Positions 12,447 to 26,227 of a stretch of 64,000 nt of DNA are shown here, piece after piece. Positions within the stretch are counted from its first letter, which is position 1, and each line of letters begins with the position of its first letter. The notes below the pieces were generated by a model, which was not told the DNA's origin, searched no databases, and worked only from the letters and a program-made list of their open reading frames with translations. The stretch spans positions 5,606,218 through 5,670,217 of the forward strand of contig CM119264.1 in assembly GCA_051294375.1 (NCBI GenBank), written 5' to 3'. Both the position numbers and the translations under genes were made by a program. Origin of the DNA: Paraspadella gotoi. Lineage: Eukaryota; Animalia; Chaetognatha.

Positions 12447-15400
12447 ACGAAAGAACGAACGAACGAACGAACGAACTATAAAAAGAAAGTAACAATTCTT
12501 GCCGCGACTAAGGAACAGTCGGGCACTCTATGTATGACATATCCGATATCTTTCTCAATTTATACTTTTTTTGGAAAAGAGAATTTTACGCAAAATAGAA
12601 GATACAGCTGCGCAAAGCAGCAGCCACCTCATCCGCCTCCGCCGCTGCAGGCTCCGCCGCCGCCGCCGCCGCCATCGCCGCTGCCATCGCGACATCGAGT
12701 CAAAATTATGGAATTTTGTCGCCCGTAAATTCCGCTCAACTGAACTTGACTACTCATTCGCTCACTGAAATGTTTTGGCACAAAACGATGTTGTGCGGAC
12801 CGATATTGCAGCGAAGAACAATTATGACGTGAATATCGTAAACAGAAAATACTTTTCGTCGGGTTATGATACGAATGAGGATAAACCTTAGGTTATATTC
12901 CTTCTATTGCATCTCGTTGTGAGGGGAACTATATTCAATTCAAATCGCTTAGAAAATAAATCAATGATTTAATAAACAAGTTACGAGTGAGATTTAAGTA
13001 CCTGGGAAACGTCAAAACTTTGAGTGAAAAAGCTTGCTCTGAAAAACTTCAATCATCGGCATTGTCCGGAGAGCTCAATGCTAAAAAGATGTTTAATTTG
13101 TCCATTGTCTATCGGCTTATTGCTATGCTGTTGCACGTACCGTAATCGCTTTTAACAACAAAGTTGCAACAACTTTAAGGTCGAAGCCGAAGGCACGCCC
13201 TTGTCTACCAATCTCCAATAGCCTTCCTTCCCAAACCCCATTCCACTCTCTAGGGGGGCAGGAGGGTGGAGGGGCATAGAGAGACCATATGGCCTCTCGT
13301 TTTTTAAGTTCATTCGTCGCGGATCTGCGAGTTTTTTGCCACGCGAATTTTTTTTTTTTTTTTGTTTACGACACAAAATGAAAAATAAAGTCGAAGGATT
13401 TTTTTTTCCTGGCGAATATTCATCTCTCGATTTCTCCCTCCGGGTTGGCGAAACTATTCTCTCTCTCTCTCTCTCTCTCTTTACTCTCTCTTCTCTCTCT
13501 TTCTCTCTCACTCTATCTCTCTCTATCTCGTTCCCCGCCGGGCTTTAATTTTTTAGTGCGGCAATTTGGTCCGGAAACAGTCAACTCGTGAATCAGTCAA
13601 CGGCCAATAATTAACTGCGATTAGTGTCACTGCTGTCTTTATCTTTGTTGTCGTTGTTATCGTCGTTCGGCCTTTGTGAAAAACTCTGACGACACTTTTT
13701 TTCCTAAATTCTTAAAAAATTAAATGTTTAATCGTAACTAAATCAATAAACCTTGAACACCTTCCTCACTTGGTCGAGTGAGTCTTGATAACTCACAAAA
13801 ACCAAAAAAGCAGTGAGAATCCATCTCACGATTCAAATCAAAGAGACAAGCGTGAAATCATCTTTGTGTGAGTCTCTCTTTTTTTCTTCTTCGTCCTTTG
13901 TCGGCGTTCTTCCAATTCAGGCAGCATTTCTTTCTTTAGCTGCGCTGGTTTCAGTGGAACTCGATCAAAAGGCATTTCATCTCGAAGACGGCCGACGGTT
14001 CTTTGCAATCGCCATAACTTATGCCATAAGCGATTTTCTTTAAATAAAGCATTGTGACGGTACGAGTGAAAGCCGGTTTAAGCAGTAAGCATGGCAGTGA
14101 CTAAATCAGTCCCAACTTTGATACATAATACTATTTTCCTAAATAGCCCTTTATTTCTTTTGTTTCTTTCTTCATTATCTACATAAAGTGACAGTTTTTT
14201 TATTTATATTATTCAATTTTGACAGTGTTTTCACACAATTGAAACATTCTTTGATATATTTTCCACTTCATTGACAGGGAAGCCAGGTACTCTGGGAGTG
14301 AATAAACGAGACTGTGAGAGAGTCTTGATTGAAAGCTTGCAGGGACCTGCTATGTCATTATCTAGTAACAGTGATGGAGGCCTTAATCCACCAAAGCCTG
14401 TCCAAAGTCAGGGGCAAGATAGCTTATTTATTTAATTTCTTTTAAGAATATTTTCACAAAAAAACTCAATGAGCTAAAATTATCCAGCGTCGCATCATAA
14501 CTTAGATCCATTATCGTCTTTTCGAAGGAAACAAAAAAAAATAAGACGGCGACCAACGCCACACGGAGCGAGAGACAGCGTCACACCCAGGTTTCTCGCA
14601 CGTCACGGCACGCCGACGTCACAGGCGTTAACGGTTAAGCCACTCCCATCTCTCGGCCGCTAATCCACCTCCCATCTCTCCATTTTACTCGCATATGACT
14701 CCAGTAAAGGCATGATGCCATATCACACTCTCGACCTCCCCTCTCTCGCAGCACGCCTCGCTAACCCCGCCCCCTCCAACGCCCCCCCCCCATCTCACGC
14801 GACGTCACGTCTTCGCCTCCGTCGCGTCTCCGTTAATCTTTATCTCGACCATAAAACAAAAACAAGGGGGTTTCTCAATGGCGCCGCCTTCCTTAGAGGG
14901 GGTCGCCGCGATGCCGGTGGCGGCGCCGGTAGCGAACGGCGGCGAGCGTCTCTGGTTGGCGCGCCTCTAACGGGCGATGGTTGGCGTTAGAACCGAAAAG
15001 GCGACGAGCGTGGAACGAACGCTCGTTTTGGCGCCGGATCATTTTCGCCGGATCAGCGCGAAGAGGGGGGCGGGGTGTTGGGAGTCGGTTCGGATGTGGG
15101 GATTAAAAGTGGATCAGTGGGAGAAAAACCCTGTAGCGACGGTTTTGAATTTTGAAAGACGAGATGACGTGAAGGATGAGGAAGTGAAGTAAACAGTTTT
15201 TTTTCGCCTCTTTTCTGTTTGTTTGTTTTTCTTTCTCTCTTTTTTCTTGAATGTCTCTTTTTATTTTTACTTCTTCTTCCTCTTTTACTCCCTTCTCCTT
15301 TCATACAATCCTTTTACACAGTATTTATTTTTCCGCGTGAATTTATCCTTGAAAAAAATTGTAATAAAATTGATTCCCCACGAGATTTGTTCATCGGCGA

Positions 15401-15802
15401 GCTTCACTTATTTTGTTTAGTTTTCTTTATCTCTCAAGCTTTTTCTCTTCCGTTCGTAACAAAAAAAATTTCCCTCCTGGATGTAAAAGCGAGGTATAAT
15501 AGATTCTACGAATTTGATTAAGAAATTCTTCGTCGTTGTTGTTGTTGTCGTCGTCGTCGTCGTCGTCGTCGCCACACGAAGAAGCGTTCGGCTGTAAAAA
15601 GTCTCGTTTTATGCAGATACTATTTATCGATTTTCAACTTCTTCGTATTCTATTTAATTTTTTCCCCCTCTCTTGGTATTTCAACTCTCTCTCTCTCTCT
15701 CTCTCTCTCTTGTCTCCTCCCTCCTCTCTCGTCTCTTTCATTTACTTTTCTCACTCTCTTTTCCTCTCTTTACCTCTTTCCGTCTTTCTTCCTTTCTTTT
15801 TC

Positions 15803-15858
<56 letters not shown>

Positions 15859-15871
15859 TTTCTCTCTCTCT

Positions 15872-15908
<37 letters not shown>

Positions 15909-16089
15909 CTCCTCCTTCACACCTTTCTCTTTATCTCCTTTTGTTTCCACATCAATTTTTTTTCTGCCTGAATTCATTTGTTATTCTTTATATATGGAAT
16001 TTGTTAGCATTAATAATTCAAATTATTCTTCCGCGTCATTTCATAAATAGAAAAACACGATGCGGTACCTCACACCCTCTCTCTCTCTC

Positions 16090-16128
<39 letters not shown>

Positions 16129-17265
16129 TCACTAAATGTCAGTTTACCTATTTTTTAGCCCCGTCCGGCATAATTTCGCGGCAGGAAAAAAAAGTAAAAA
16201 AAAAAAGAAAAAAACAATATATAACAATAATTAGAGAATTACGAAAAAATATCGCGTAAACCAAACGGACCAAGAAAAAAAAAAAGAATTGCATCTGGCG
16301 AGAAAAGCTTCACGTAGAAAAGCCATTAAGAGATAAGCCGCTCGGGCCGCCCTCAGCCCGACCGGCCAATAAACGACTTAATTTCTTTCTTTTCCCCCTC
16401 GTAACTGTTTCTCTTTTTATCCTCTCCCCTCCACACGCCCCTCTCGGTTTTCTTGGTTTTTGGGGGTCACCTACTTTCGCAAGTCCTTTCTCTGGTTCTT
16501 TTGTGGTAACAGATTTGTGTTTTCACCAAGAAAGTATTGCGCTATTGGGCTGGTACGCACTAAGAGCGAATCAAAAGATTCAAAACTTTTTTTTTGTCTA
16601 TTTTATTTCTTCTCCCCCACTACTTGACCTTACCGGCTCCCCGATCCCCACCCACTTCCCCCATACTTTGGCACCATGGATTATCCTCATGGGTTCGTGA
16701 ATTCGTCCCTAGTGAACCCAGGATCGGCAGAGAGAGAGAAGTTGATTGGCTCAGAGAGAAGTTGATTGGCTCAGACCTGAATTTCCCCGAGTTAAAGACT
16801 CGAGTTTCGAAAGGTTTTTTCCGCGATCTTCTTTTAAATATTATTCGAATTTATTTATTTATTTATTTACTTATTGATACGTATATTTTTGTCAATCGCC
16901 ATTGGAGCTCACAAATTTCTAAAAGTCAAAATCGACCGACAATCAATCACATCATACATTACTTTTCTTGTTCCCCTTCCAAGCAACAATCCCTATCACC
17001 GTGAAATCCAATCCTTTCCATTCCATCGACTAATACTTCACATCGTCTTCACAATTCACATCCAAGGACGAACTTCGCATCAAAGCAAACGTCGCTTCCA
17101 AAAGCGTTCCTCATTTTCTCACGACAAGCATTTTCGAGCGAAACGTCTTGTTGGAACCAAGCTTGACGATTGTTGCCAACCGTCGATTTCTCTTTCTCTG
17201 CACTAAACCCGAGAAGATAATTAGTCGCTGATTAGACGAAAGGAAAAAGTGAGCGTTTGAGTCGA

Positions 17266-17296
<31 letters not shown>

Positions 17297-17686
17297 AGTA
17301 CCGATATCGTCGTCGTGGTCGTCGACGTCGTCGTTGTCATCGGTTTCAGTGACGTTATCGTCGTCGTTATTTTCGTTGTCGGTGTCGTCAGCGACGTTAT
17401 CATCAAATTCGACTAACTTTAATTCTAAGTTGGAGCAACAGTGACAACGTCCACAATTAGTTTCGTTAAGACTAGACCTTTCTCAAGATCGTTGTTGTTC
17501 GTCATCGTTTCCTTTGTCGTCAATTTCCTTCGTTTTCTTCGTATCCTCGTCGTTGTCGTTGTTGTTGTCGTCGTCGTCGTCGTCGTCCTTCTCGTCGTCG
17601 TTGTCACTGAGAAAAAAACTCCAGCTCGCGATAATTCGTTTTATCTTTTGTGCTCCAACTCTTTCCCAACTGATCGTGGTACGCAG

Positions 17687-17744
<58 letters not shown>

Positions 17745-18350
17745 AGAGCAGATGCTTTTTTCGCTGGCGGCTCTTCACGCTCTTACGCTCCAACGCGGAT
17801 AGACTTGAGAATCCGTCAAATTTCGAAGTGAAAAGTTTTTAGCGACGTAGAATATCTCAATATATTAATAAATAAATTATAAATATGCAAAATAAATGCT
17901 TAAACGAGGCTCCATCAAAAACCGCGAAAAAAAAACGGAAAAAAAAGAAAAAAAACGAAAAGTGAAAACAATTTGTTCCCTTTGAAATATATTTATTGTT
18001 CCCCTTGGCTTATCTCCCACTAAGTTTATGGCTCGTCCAGAGTTCAAAGGCGGTTTCAAGCTCATTCCGAGGTCCGGACGCGAACTCGCGAACTCGATGA
18101 AGTCTAGAGTCTCGAATCGCAAACTCAAACGCGCCAAACGGTCGCCATTTTGAATTTCGCGCTTAAACCCGGATGTAATAGACTCGTAGAGAAGTCGCGT
18201 CGGAGAATGAGTCCCTCGCGAATTCGACGGATGTGATTTCTCAAGGGTAATTCGAATCGGGTCCAACGTTGCCAATTTTAAATGTTTACTTTTATATTAC
18301 CTTTCAGATTTGTTCTCGAGCTATACTATACTATACTATACTATACTATA

Positions 18351-18820
18351 TCTAAAGAGTGGTCGTACGGGCGAGCGACTTGGCGTCATATCGTAAACAA
18401 AGATCATTTGTTATCGTAGTCAAGGAGTTAGAAATCCTCAGTACTGTTTTTACGTGAGCCAGGGCGCTCCAGCTGACGGTCAGAGGAAACAAAAAGCACT
18501 CCGGAAGAAGCTCGGATACGAGAGTAAGTGCTTATCTAATAGTCTTTAACAATACTACTTCACTTCACATTGGCGATTACATATCAATTACGTTACTGAC
18601 CGTGGAATCTTCATTTTAGGGACATTTTTAGGCTGAGGCGTAAAACAGTACTAAATATTAAGACTTAAATGCCATCAACGGGAATAAAACTAATTTAATC
18701 TAACTAACTCAACAAACAAAATATCTAATAAAAAAAAAATACGCTGAAGCAACCTGAAATTGGGAGACTTTGGCTCCGGGACTGGGCCTAATCATAACAT
18801 AACCTTGTTCGCGTTCTACA
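18351..18820 (+). mobile_element. 5' LTR (18351-18657 matches the 3' LTR; extension to ...ttctaCA at 18820 is inferred)
   Basis: tctaaagagtggtcgtacgggcgagcgacttggcg... matches tgtaaagagaggtcgtacgggcgagcg... at 31851 through ...aaacagtactaaata. AATAAA at ~18683 and ~18727, and a CA at 18819-18820 directly before a PBS-like sequence. Confidence 0.8.
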
Positions 18821-18836
18821 TGTGAACCGACTGAGG
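18821..18836 (+). promoter_or_regulatory. Probable degenerate primer-binding site (tRNA-Trp-like)
   Basis: tgtgaaccgactgag follows CA and aligns, with several single-base deletions, to the tRNA-Trp PBS TGGTGACCCCGACGTGAT. Confidence 0.4.
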
Positions 18837-18983
18837 AGTTTGGAGGAACGCGGGAGCCGCCGATAAGGGCCCTGCCGGGTGTCAAACATTTTTTACTGCC
18901 ATCAGGGCCGGTCTATTGTGACCGGGCCATTAAGTCGGGCACACGGCCGAAGCAGAAGCCTACGTTACGTAAGTTACAAAAAA

Positions 18984-21850
18984 ATGCCATCATCGCACGG
19001 TGGCGACGATGGAACTTTGGCCAATTTGAAAGGGTTTTTTAATAACACATTAAATCAAAATGAACGAGGTGTAAGAAGGTTCGCAAAAGAATTACAAAAC
19101 GAACTAGACAAATTCGCAAAACTATATGACGATGCCAAAGTTCCGTTGGAGGTTCAGGCGGTTGAGCGGTCGAATGGGCTCGCGAGACTGCCCGGACAAT
19201 GCACATTGAACTTGTCACGTTTTATCACTATTAACCCTGCACTTGAAACCGATCGTGTTAAGTCATTGTTAGACGATAATCTTGATTTTTCGTACCGGGC
19301 ATTTTGAGGGCACTCCTATATTAGTTTTGGGAGCTGAGAACGCGCGCCAGTTGACGAGGGAGTTGAGGATTCTGTAGGAGAATTTAGACATTGAAAGGCG
19401 CTGTTAATACTACTGCTGCGCCGTCCGTATCCGCGATTCCCCGTACACCTTACCCTCAAGTTCCTAGTACCCCTCGCGAGTACACGCCGAGTCGCGTGTC
19501 GAGCAATTGGGTAGCAACGTCCCTCAGTCTACACGTCGCCGAATCCGCCGCGGGCATCTCCGCGTATTTGAAGCCGTCGAAACGCCAGCGTCAGATCATC
19601 CAAAGCTGAGGGCGTCTCGGTACGAAGTCCACTCGATCGTCTCGCGAGACGATCCGTCAGAGTTGGTTCTCGACCTAGAGAGAGTTTGAAGATGAGCGTC
19701 GTGCATTTGAGGAAGCGAAAGAAAAGAATAAGATTGAGAAAGAAAGAAGGAGAGTAGAACGAGAGAGCAGAGAAGAAGAGGAAGCTCTGAGGCGAAGATG
19801 AAGGAGATTCGTAAGAGAGAAGAAGAAGCGTTAGAAGCAAAGATTAAGGAGATCCGTAAGAGAAAAGAGGAAAAAATGAGAGAAGCGGAGGAAAGAGAGA
19901 AAGCAATAGAATTCGAATTTCAACAAAAGGCTATTGAAAAAGAAGAAAAAGCGGTGAAAGAGAGATTATCCAGAATTAGTGGAGACAGCTCTGAAGAAGA
20001 CCTGTATTCTTGTAGATCGGACGGCGGTCGTACAAAGGCGTCGCGTCGGAGCGTCGCGAGTCGCCGGAGCGGAGTCACGTTGAGGAACGCCCGATCGTCG
20101 AACGTCACGCCGAGGTCGCCCAGATCGCAGAACGCCATGTCGAGGAGCGCCCGATCGCAGCTCCACGCGCGAGGAATCTTCGCCGGAAACGTACGGTGCC
20201 CAAATCGATCATTACTACGGTGAGGGAGGAAAGGAAAGGAGGAAAGAAAAGAGGAGGAGATATTCTGGTCAAACTCATGAGGGACTTACTCGAGGAGAAG
20301 AGGAGAAGCGAGAATTGACAGAACCATTGTGCCGCCGCCGGCCGGCCCGCGTTATTATCCGCCGCCGTGCGCGCCTCCACCGCCGCCCGTTCCGTCCGCG
20401 CCGCGCCAGTTCCGGTCCGTACCGCCGCCAAATCTGTCCGTGTCGCCGCCGTCGCCGATCGCGCCGCCGCCGCGGATAGTCCCGCCGCGCCGCCCGTCGT
20501 AATAACAACCGCCGGTGGTACCATTATCCGCCGCCGCGGTTGTAACGCCGCAGATCCAATCGACACCGCGTCTAGTAACTGCCACACACAATGCAACAGA
20601 GTCGTCCAAATCGTCCGTGCGCGCTCGTAACGCCGCCATTGTTGTCGTCGCTTGAAGTTGAGTCGAGTGTTGAAGTTTCGAAGTCGCCAGTCGAATGCGC
20701 AATTGTTCATGTCGAAGTGAGTCGCGCTGGTCACCGCCGTCCGTTGTAGAGACCGTTCGAGACAAACTGGAAAGGAAAGAGTCGATTAATCATGGCACCA
20801 CACGAGAGGAAGCTCTCACACAATTATGCATATTACAAACACAACAACAGGCGCTGAGTCTTATCAGGCAAAAACGTCCCAAGTTAAATTTTCCGGAAAG
20901 GATCGTCGAGTAGACTTTGAGTCGCAACTTAATTTGTTTGAGTCATTGAGTAAGGTCGTTGGTTTGTCACAGACGAAATGCTTATGTCAGAATTGAAGGA
21001 GTACTTCGACGGAGACGGCGGGCATCATAGTATCAAAACATGAACGTCGGAAACCACACAAAGCTTTGAAGGAAGTCAAATTGGCGTTAGAAATCGAATT
21101 CGGTCGAAAGAATACAGCGCAACAAATGTTAGAAGAGTTGTTAAAGGGACCAAAGATTTCTGAGAAAGATTCGCCGGATCGAGACTTTCATATTAGAGAT
21201 GGAAAAATTTTACAAAGGCTGTAGAGACAAATCGCGCCGCGACATTCTCCACACGAGAACATACATCGAAATCATATCTAAGAAACTTCCGTTTTGGCAA
21301 ATCCGGTAGCGAAAAGAATGACGAAGCATGAGTTGTCGATACTAAAAAGTGAGAATAGGAAGAAGGAGATCTGAGTTAAAGTTCGATGATTCTTGGAGAT
21401 CGTGAAGGAAGTGACGAGATCAAAGGAAACCATGGGGATCTTGATGAAACAAGGCTCGTCGTCAATCGACAAGTTCAAACGGGGTGAAATAACTCCAGCG
21501 CAGGACTTACGGAGAAATCGTAAGAAATCATGTTTCAGTTCGTGCAGCCGCAGCAACTCGGAGCGACGAAGGCGACAGTCACCGCCAATCGAAGCTTTTC
21601 CAATCCCAATTCCGATCCTACCAATCACGCACCAGAGGCCCAAGGCAATCAAAATGTGACTTTGTGAAAAAGTTTCACTTCACGGGAAATCTGTTCTAAG
21701 TTTCTAGAGTGACGATTGACGAAAGGTGGGCTGGATGAAAGAGAAAGGACTGTGTCGACTTTGTTTCGGACGAGGGCACCTGGCGAGGGACTGTTCCAAT
21801 TCTCATGGGTTGTCAGACGTGTGGACAAAGGCACCATGCATCCATTCACA
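18984..21850 (+). pseudogene. gag: BEL/Pao Gag region (frameshifted): E/K-rich coiled coil, Pro-rich segment, C-terminal Cys/His knuckles
   Basis: ATG at 18984 (MPSSHGGDDG...), EEIRKREEEALEAKIKE-type repeats at 19700-19960, Pro-rich 20330-20560, and MKEKGLCRLCFGRGHLARDC (CX2CX4HX4C) with adjacent broken knuckles at ~21655-21845. Confidence 0.85.
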
Positions 21851-21900
21851 GAGAGGAGTCGAATCAGGAACAGAGTTCTTCTTGACTAGCAGCAGCGTAC

Positions 21901-22400
21901 GTGACGACAGGAGCATTTCGACCGATAGTTCCAGTCGTTGTGAAAAGCGGACATAGGTCGGTCGTTACGTACGCCTTATTAGATAGCGGCGCTACCCGTT
22001 CAGCCATGTCAATGAAATTAGCGAGAGAATTAGATTTAGCTACGTACGCAGAATATACAAATTTACAACTTATGACAAAGTGTCAAGAACCTGGAGAGAT
22101 TATGGTGACATCGAATATGACGAATTTAGAAAACACATTTTCAACGGAAATAAGAAAAGTCATGGTAGGAGAGATTTTAACGACAGAGACAGACCGACCG
22201 ACTCGAAACGAAGAAATCGAGGACTATCAGTACATGAAAGGAGTTGAGTTTATCGAAATTGGAAGATGACTCGGTCGAAATGATACTCGACGCGAGATTG
22301 GCACATACTTGGGTCGGAGGTGAGACGAGAAAAGGACCTGAAGGTATCCTGTTGCGCTGAAGACAGTGTTCGGGTGGACATTAGTAGGAGCGAGTGAAAA
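21901..22400 (+). pseudogene. pol: Aspartic protease domain of the BEL/Pao polyprotein
   Basis: PIVPVVV...YALLDSGATRSAMS (DSG catalytic motif); downstream PVALKTVFGWTLVG is typical of BEL elements. Confidence 0.9.
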
Positions 22401-22839
22401 CGAAAGCGGAGAACACATTAGTTGCTGTTCAACGACACATGAGCATGAGAAATTGGAATATTTGATAGCGTCGATGTTTCGTCACGATTTTTTGATGAGA
22501 GGAACTGAGAGATATCCATCTGAGGTGCAGCACCCGTCGGCTGAAGACAGTTATGCTTTAGAGCAACTGGAGAATGAGATTTATTTCAACGAAAAGACCG
22601 GTCATTACGTCGCGCCGTCGCCGTGGAAAAGGAAGGGAGAAGACCGCCGAGTTTCTTGAAACGATTAAGGACGATGTGGTGAAGAACGCGGAAAGCAGAG
22701 CGAGGAAATTGGCGAACAAGATGCGGAAAGATCCGTTGCTGAAGGAGGGGGTGTCCGAACGATGGAGGAGACAATCGAATTGGGCCACGCGAGAAAGGCC
22801 GTAGTGGAGCATTCGCCCGCCGGGTCAGCCGGAGTGTTT

Positions 22840-23380
22840 CGCGCCGTTGCTCGTCGTCACGAGAGCGGACAAGCCGGGCAAATTCAGAATCTGTCAAGAT
22901 GCAGCATCGAAAGTGAACGGGAATGCGCTGAACGATCACTTGATTGGAGGGCCGGACAACCTCACTCCGTTAATTGGCATGTTGCTGAAGTTCCGCAGAA
23001 AAAGATATACGATTTCCGCAGACATCAAGGGGTTCTTTCATCAAGTCGAGTTACATCCAAAAGACGTAGCAGCCTTCAGATACCACTGGTATACAGACAA
23101 ATCGATGCAGACATTGGAGGTTCACGAGCCGCTGGTACACGTGTTCGGGGAGCGGGCAGTCCGGGGTCGCGACGTTTGTGCTGCAGTATCACGGGAAGAA
23201 GCTGAGTTTCACTGGAGAATTTTCGCCGAGGTGATCATCGCGTTTTTCCTTAAAGTTTACGTTACGATTATCTCGATGCCTGGACGGCATTAAAGAAGCA
23301 AGAAAGATGCGGTTAGACATGACGGAGGCGATGAAGAAAGGCGGGTTCGAGCTTACAAAGTGGCAAGCTTCACATCCACG
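22840..23380 (+). pseudogene. pol: Reverse transcriptase domain (frameshifted)
   Basis: KPGKFRICQDAASKVNGNALNDHLIGGP...ADIKGFFHQV...FRYHW; the YVDD motif is broken by a 1-nt deletion at ~23260 (tacgttacgattat); GGFELTKW. Confidence 0.92.
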
Positions 23381-23599
23381 AATCTTGTTAGATGATCCAG
23401 AAGGAGACGAAGAAGAGAACGAAACGGTGAACGAAGCAGTTGACGGGGGTTGGAGGAAGAACTGGAGGATAATCTCGAGGGTTTGCCGGGAATGCAATGC
23501 GGAGGATCCGTCGCTCGATGAACATGATTCTAAAGTTTTAGAACGGATACAACTCGAAACGTGATGTTTTCTTTGTACGAGTAACAGACAAAGCAGAGA

Positions 23600-24370
23600 A
23601 GGAGGCGAAGACGAGAAGAGATGTCTTGAAGTTGGTCGCATCGGTTTTCGATCCCTGGGGTGTGGCGCCGTTCGTATTGAAAGGGAGAAGCATATTCCAA
23701 AAGATAGTGATGGAAGGGCTAGACTGGACGACAAGCTGCCGGAAGAGTTGTTCGAGGCGTTCGACAAGTGGCGAAAGAAGATGTGTTTTCTAAAAAGAAT
23801 TAGAATTCCACGGTGGACGAGCATCTTGGGCCTTGAATGTGTGAAGACATCGTTGATCGTGTTTTGCGACGCAAGTTACGAAGGGTATGGAGTGGCCATC
23901 TACATAAAGAAGGAAAAAAAGACGGAGAAAAAAGTCACGTGACGCTACTCTTTGCCAAAGCTCACGTAGTACCAGTAAAGATGCAAGAAAAATTATAGTG
24001 GAGAATCAACTGGATCATGGAGACTCGATGCCAAGCTGGAACTAAACGCGGCAAGATTGGCGGCGCAGACTCGAGACACCATGATAAGGGAAGCGGGTGA
24101 AGAATTTGATGAGATTCATATGATGACGGATTCAATCACAGTGATTCGATGATCAAAGACTGGAAAAAACGTTTCAAAACGTATGAGAATTTTCGATTGA
24201 AAACTATCAGACTCCTCTCGAAACCAAGTGAATGGAAATATGTGCCATCCCAAGAAAACCAGCCGATTTGACAAGCCGTGGGGTAGATGCTGATGATGCT
24301 GAAAGTTGGAAAAAGTTTCACAGAGGACCTGAATGGCTTCGCCAAAAAGAGAAAGACTGGCCGACTACGA
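23600..24370 (+). pseudogene. pol: RNase H region (Pao-type, frameshifted)
   Basis: DDKLPEELFEAFDKW, IPRW, LIVFCDASYEGYGVAIY, LELNAARL, MTDS, WKYVPSQEN/PADLTSRG, GPEWL. Confidence 0.88.
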
Positions 24371-24842
24371 ACGATTTAGACAGTATGAAGAAAAAGAAAG
24401 ATGTAAATGTAAATATCAGCGCAATTCACGACGATAGTGAATTTAGTCCGATGGAACTTATTTTTGCTAATTCTACAGAGAGTATCCGAAAAAGATGATG
24501 AACATGAAAAAGAGGACTGGGTGCTGAAAGTAACTGAAAAAATAAGTGACTGGGTGAAAAAAGTGAAAAGAATAGTTTACTTTGTGAAAGCAGTGAAAGG
24601 ATTGATTGAAAACAAAATTCGAAAGAAGAAAGGTGAGCAATAGAGAGAAAAGAAATGAGAATGACAGGAGACGAATACAAGAGAGCAGAGTTGAAACTAA
24701 TCAAAGCGATCCAAGAAAAAAATTCGAAAAAGAAATATTCGAATTAATAAAGTTGGGAGTCATGACGCCAAATTCGCACAGAGAATTGAGAAGTAGAAAT
24801 TAAGAATTGTCGCTATGAGTCCGTTTCATTGACGAGGAGGGT

Positions 24843-26048
24843 TTGATGAGGACTGGAGGGAGGTTAGGGAACTCGAAAGGGTTATCATATGACGCTAAAC
24901 ATCCCATAATATTACCAAAAGATGACGAGAATATCGATTCACTGATTCGCCATGAACATATCACATTATTCCACTCCGGTACATGCGCAACATTCCATTC
25001 ATTAAGACAAAGATTTACCTTGTTGGGAGGAAGGCCAGCAGTGGAAAAGATCGTCCGCCGGTGTTTGAAATGCCAGAGAAACTTAAAGGTTCCAACGCCG
25101 CAGAAGATGGCTGAACATCCAGAGTTCAGAGTAAACGAAGCAATTCCATTTGAAATAACCGGACTTGATTGTTTTGGTCCGTATCAGGTGAAACACGCTG
25201 GACGTGGGCTGAATAAAAAGAATGTAGTAATATTTACATGTCTAACTACACGAGCAGTAGCTTTCGAAATATTGAAGGACATGACATCGCAGTCAATGCT
25301 CAGCGCACTAATCAGATTTAAAAACGTTTACCCAGGTGTACGCTCATTCATCTCGGACAACGGCACGAATCTCGTAGGAGCGAGCAACGAGATAGAGAAG
25401 CAACTACATCAACTCCAAAGCAACGAGAAAATTCATGAAGAAATCGCCGCCAAAGGAATCACCTGGACATTTGGACCGCCAAACGCTCCACATTGGGGAG
25501 GAGCTTGGAAAGGTTGATTCGTGAGACAAAAAAGCACATCAACGCCGTCATTCCTCAGAGTTGGACGTCGACACATTCGCAACAATCCTAAGTGAAATAT
25601 CAGGTATCATGAATCGACGCCCATTGACATTCGAATCTTCCGATCCAAGAGTGATATTGCATTATCACCAGCAAATTTCTTATATCCATATTTGTTTACA
25701 TCGACATCACTAACCTTATTACCATACGCAGCGGCGGAAGGGGATTGCATGAGGGCGGCGTGGAAGCAAGTGAGGGAGGTAGCGGACTCTTTCTGGAGCG
25801 TTGGCACTCAGAGTACTTAATCTCGTTACAGGAGAGAACGAAATGGCGAAACACGGCCGAAAACTTGAAGGAAGGACAAGCAGTTCTACTCGTCGAGCCG
25901 AACGCCCCGCGGATCAATGGAAGACGGGCAGAGTCGTCGAAGTCAAAGGAACGGCACGATCAAGAGAGAAGCCGTCGTCCGCCTCGCCGATGGAAGAACT
26001 TTTCGACGTCACCACAACGCGCTGGTTCAACTCGAACTGGATCAGTAA
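24843..26048 (+). pseudogene. pol: Integrase (H2C2 + DDE core) and BEL C-terminal domain
   Basis: HEH...H...CLKC, GLDCFGP, FTCLTTRAV, SDNGTNLVGA, PPNAPHWGGAW, then RWHSEYLISLQERTKW...WKTGRV...LVQLELDQ* with the stop at 26046-26048. Confidence 0.93.
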
Positions 26049-26227
26049 AAAACAATTTGAAAAGAAAAACTTTAAATTCATGGAACAATGAAAAAACTCG
26101 GTAAAGTGAATTTGTAAAGGCAAATTGTAAACAATCATCGTAGTCAAGCAAAAAAATAGGCAGTTAAAATTTACAAAATATCGTGATCGATCATATCGTG
26201 AATTTAGAAAGAAGCCAGCTCTCAAAA

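Noticed and set aside
14278-14435. Possible host exon (ttgacag|GKPGTLGVNKRDCERVLIESLQGP...)
   Set aside because: No recognisable homology or partner exons; cannot be supported from sequence alone.
14590-14638. piggyBac-like end (...gacgtcacaggcgttaacggTTAA)
   Set aside because: No matching opposite terminus found in the window.
5051-17831. Numerous ORFs rich in SL/ER/F/K/poly-M/T (also at 33887-48972 and 62432-63589)
   Set aside because: They are translations of GA, GAAA, GAT and GAC microsatellites or run through N gaps; no protein motifs.
18771-18787. Alternative PBS tggctccgggactggg
   Set aside because: Not preceded by CA, and I cannot match it to a eukaryotic tRNA 3' end; the site at 18821 fits better.
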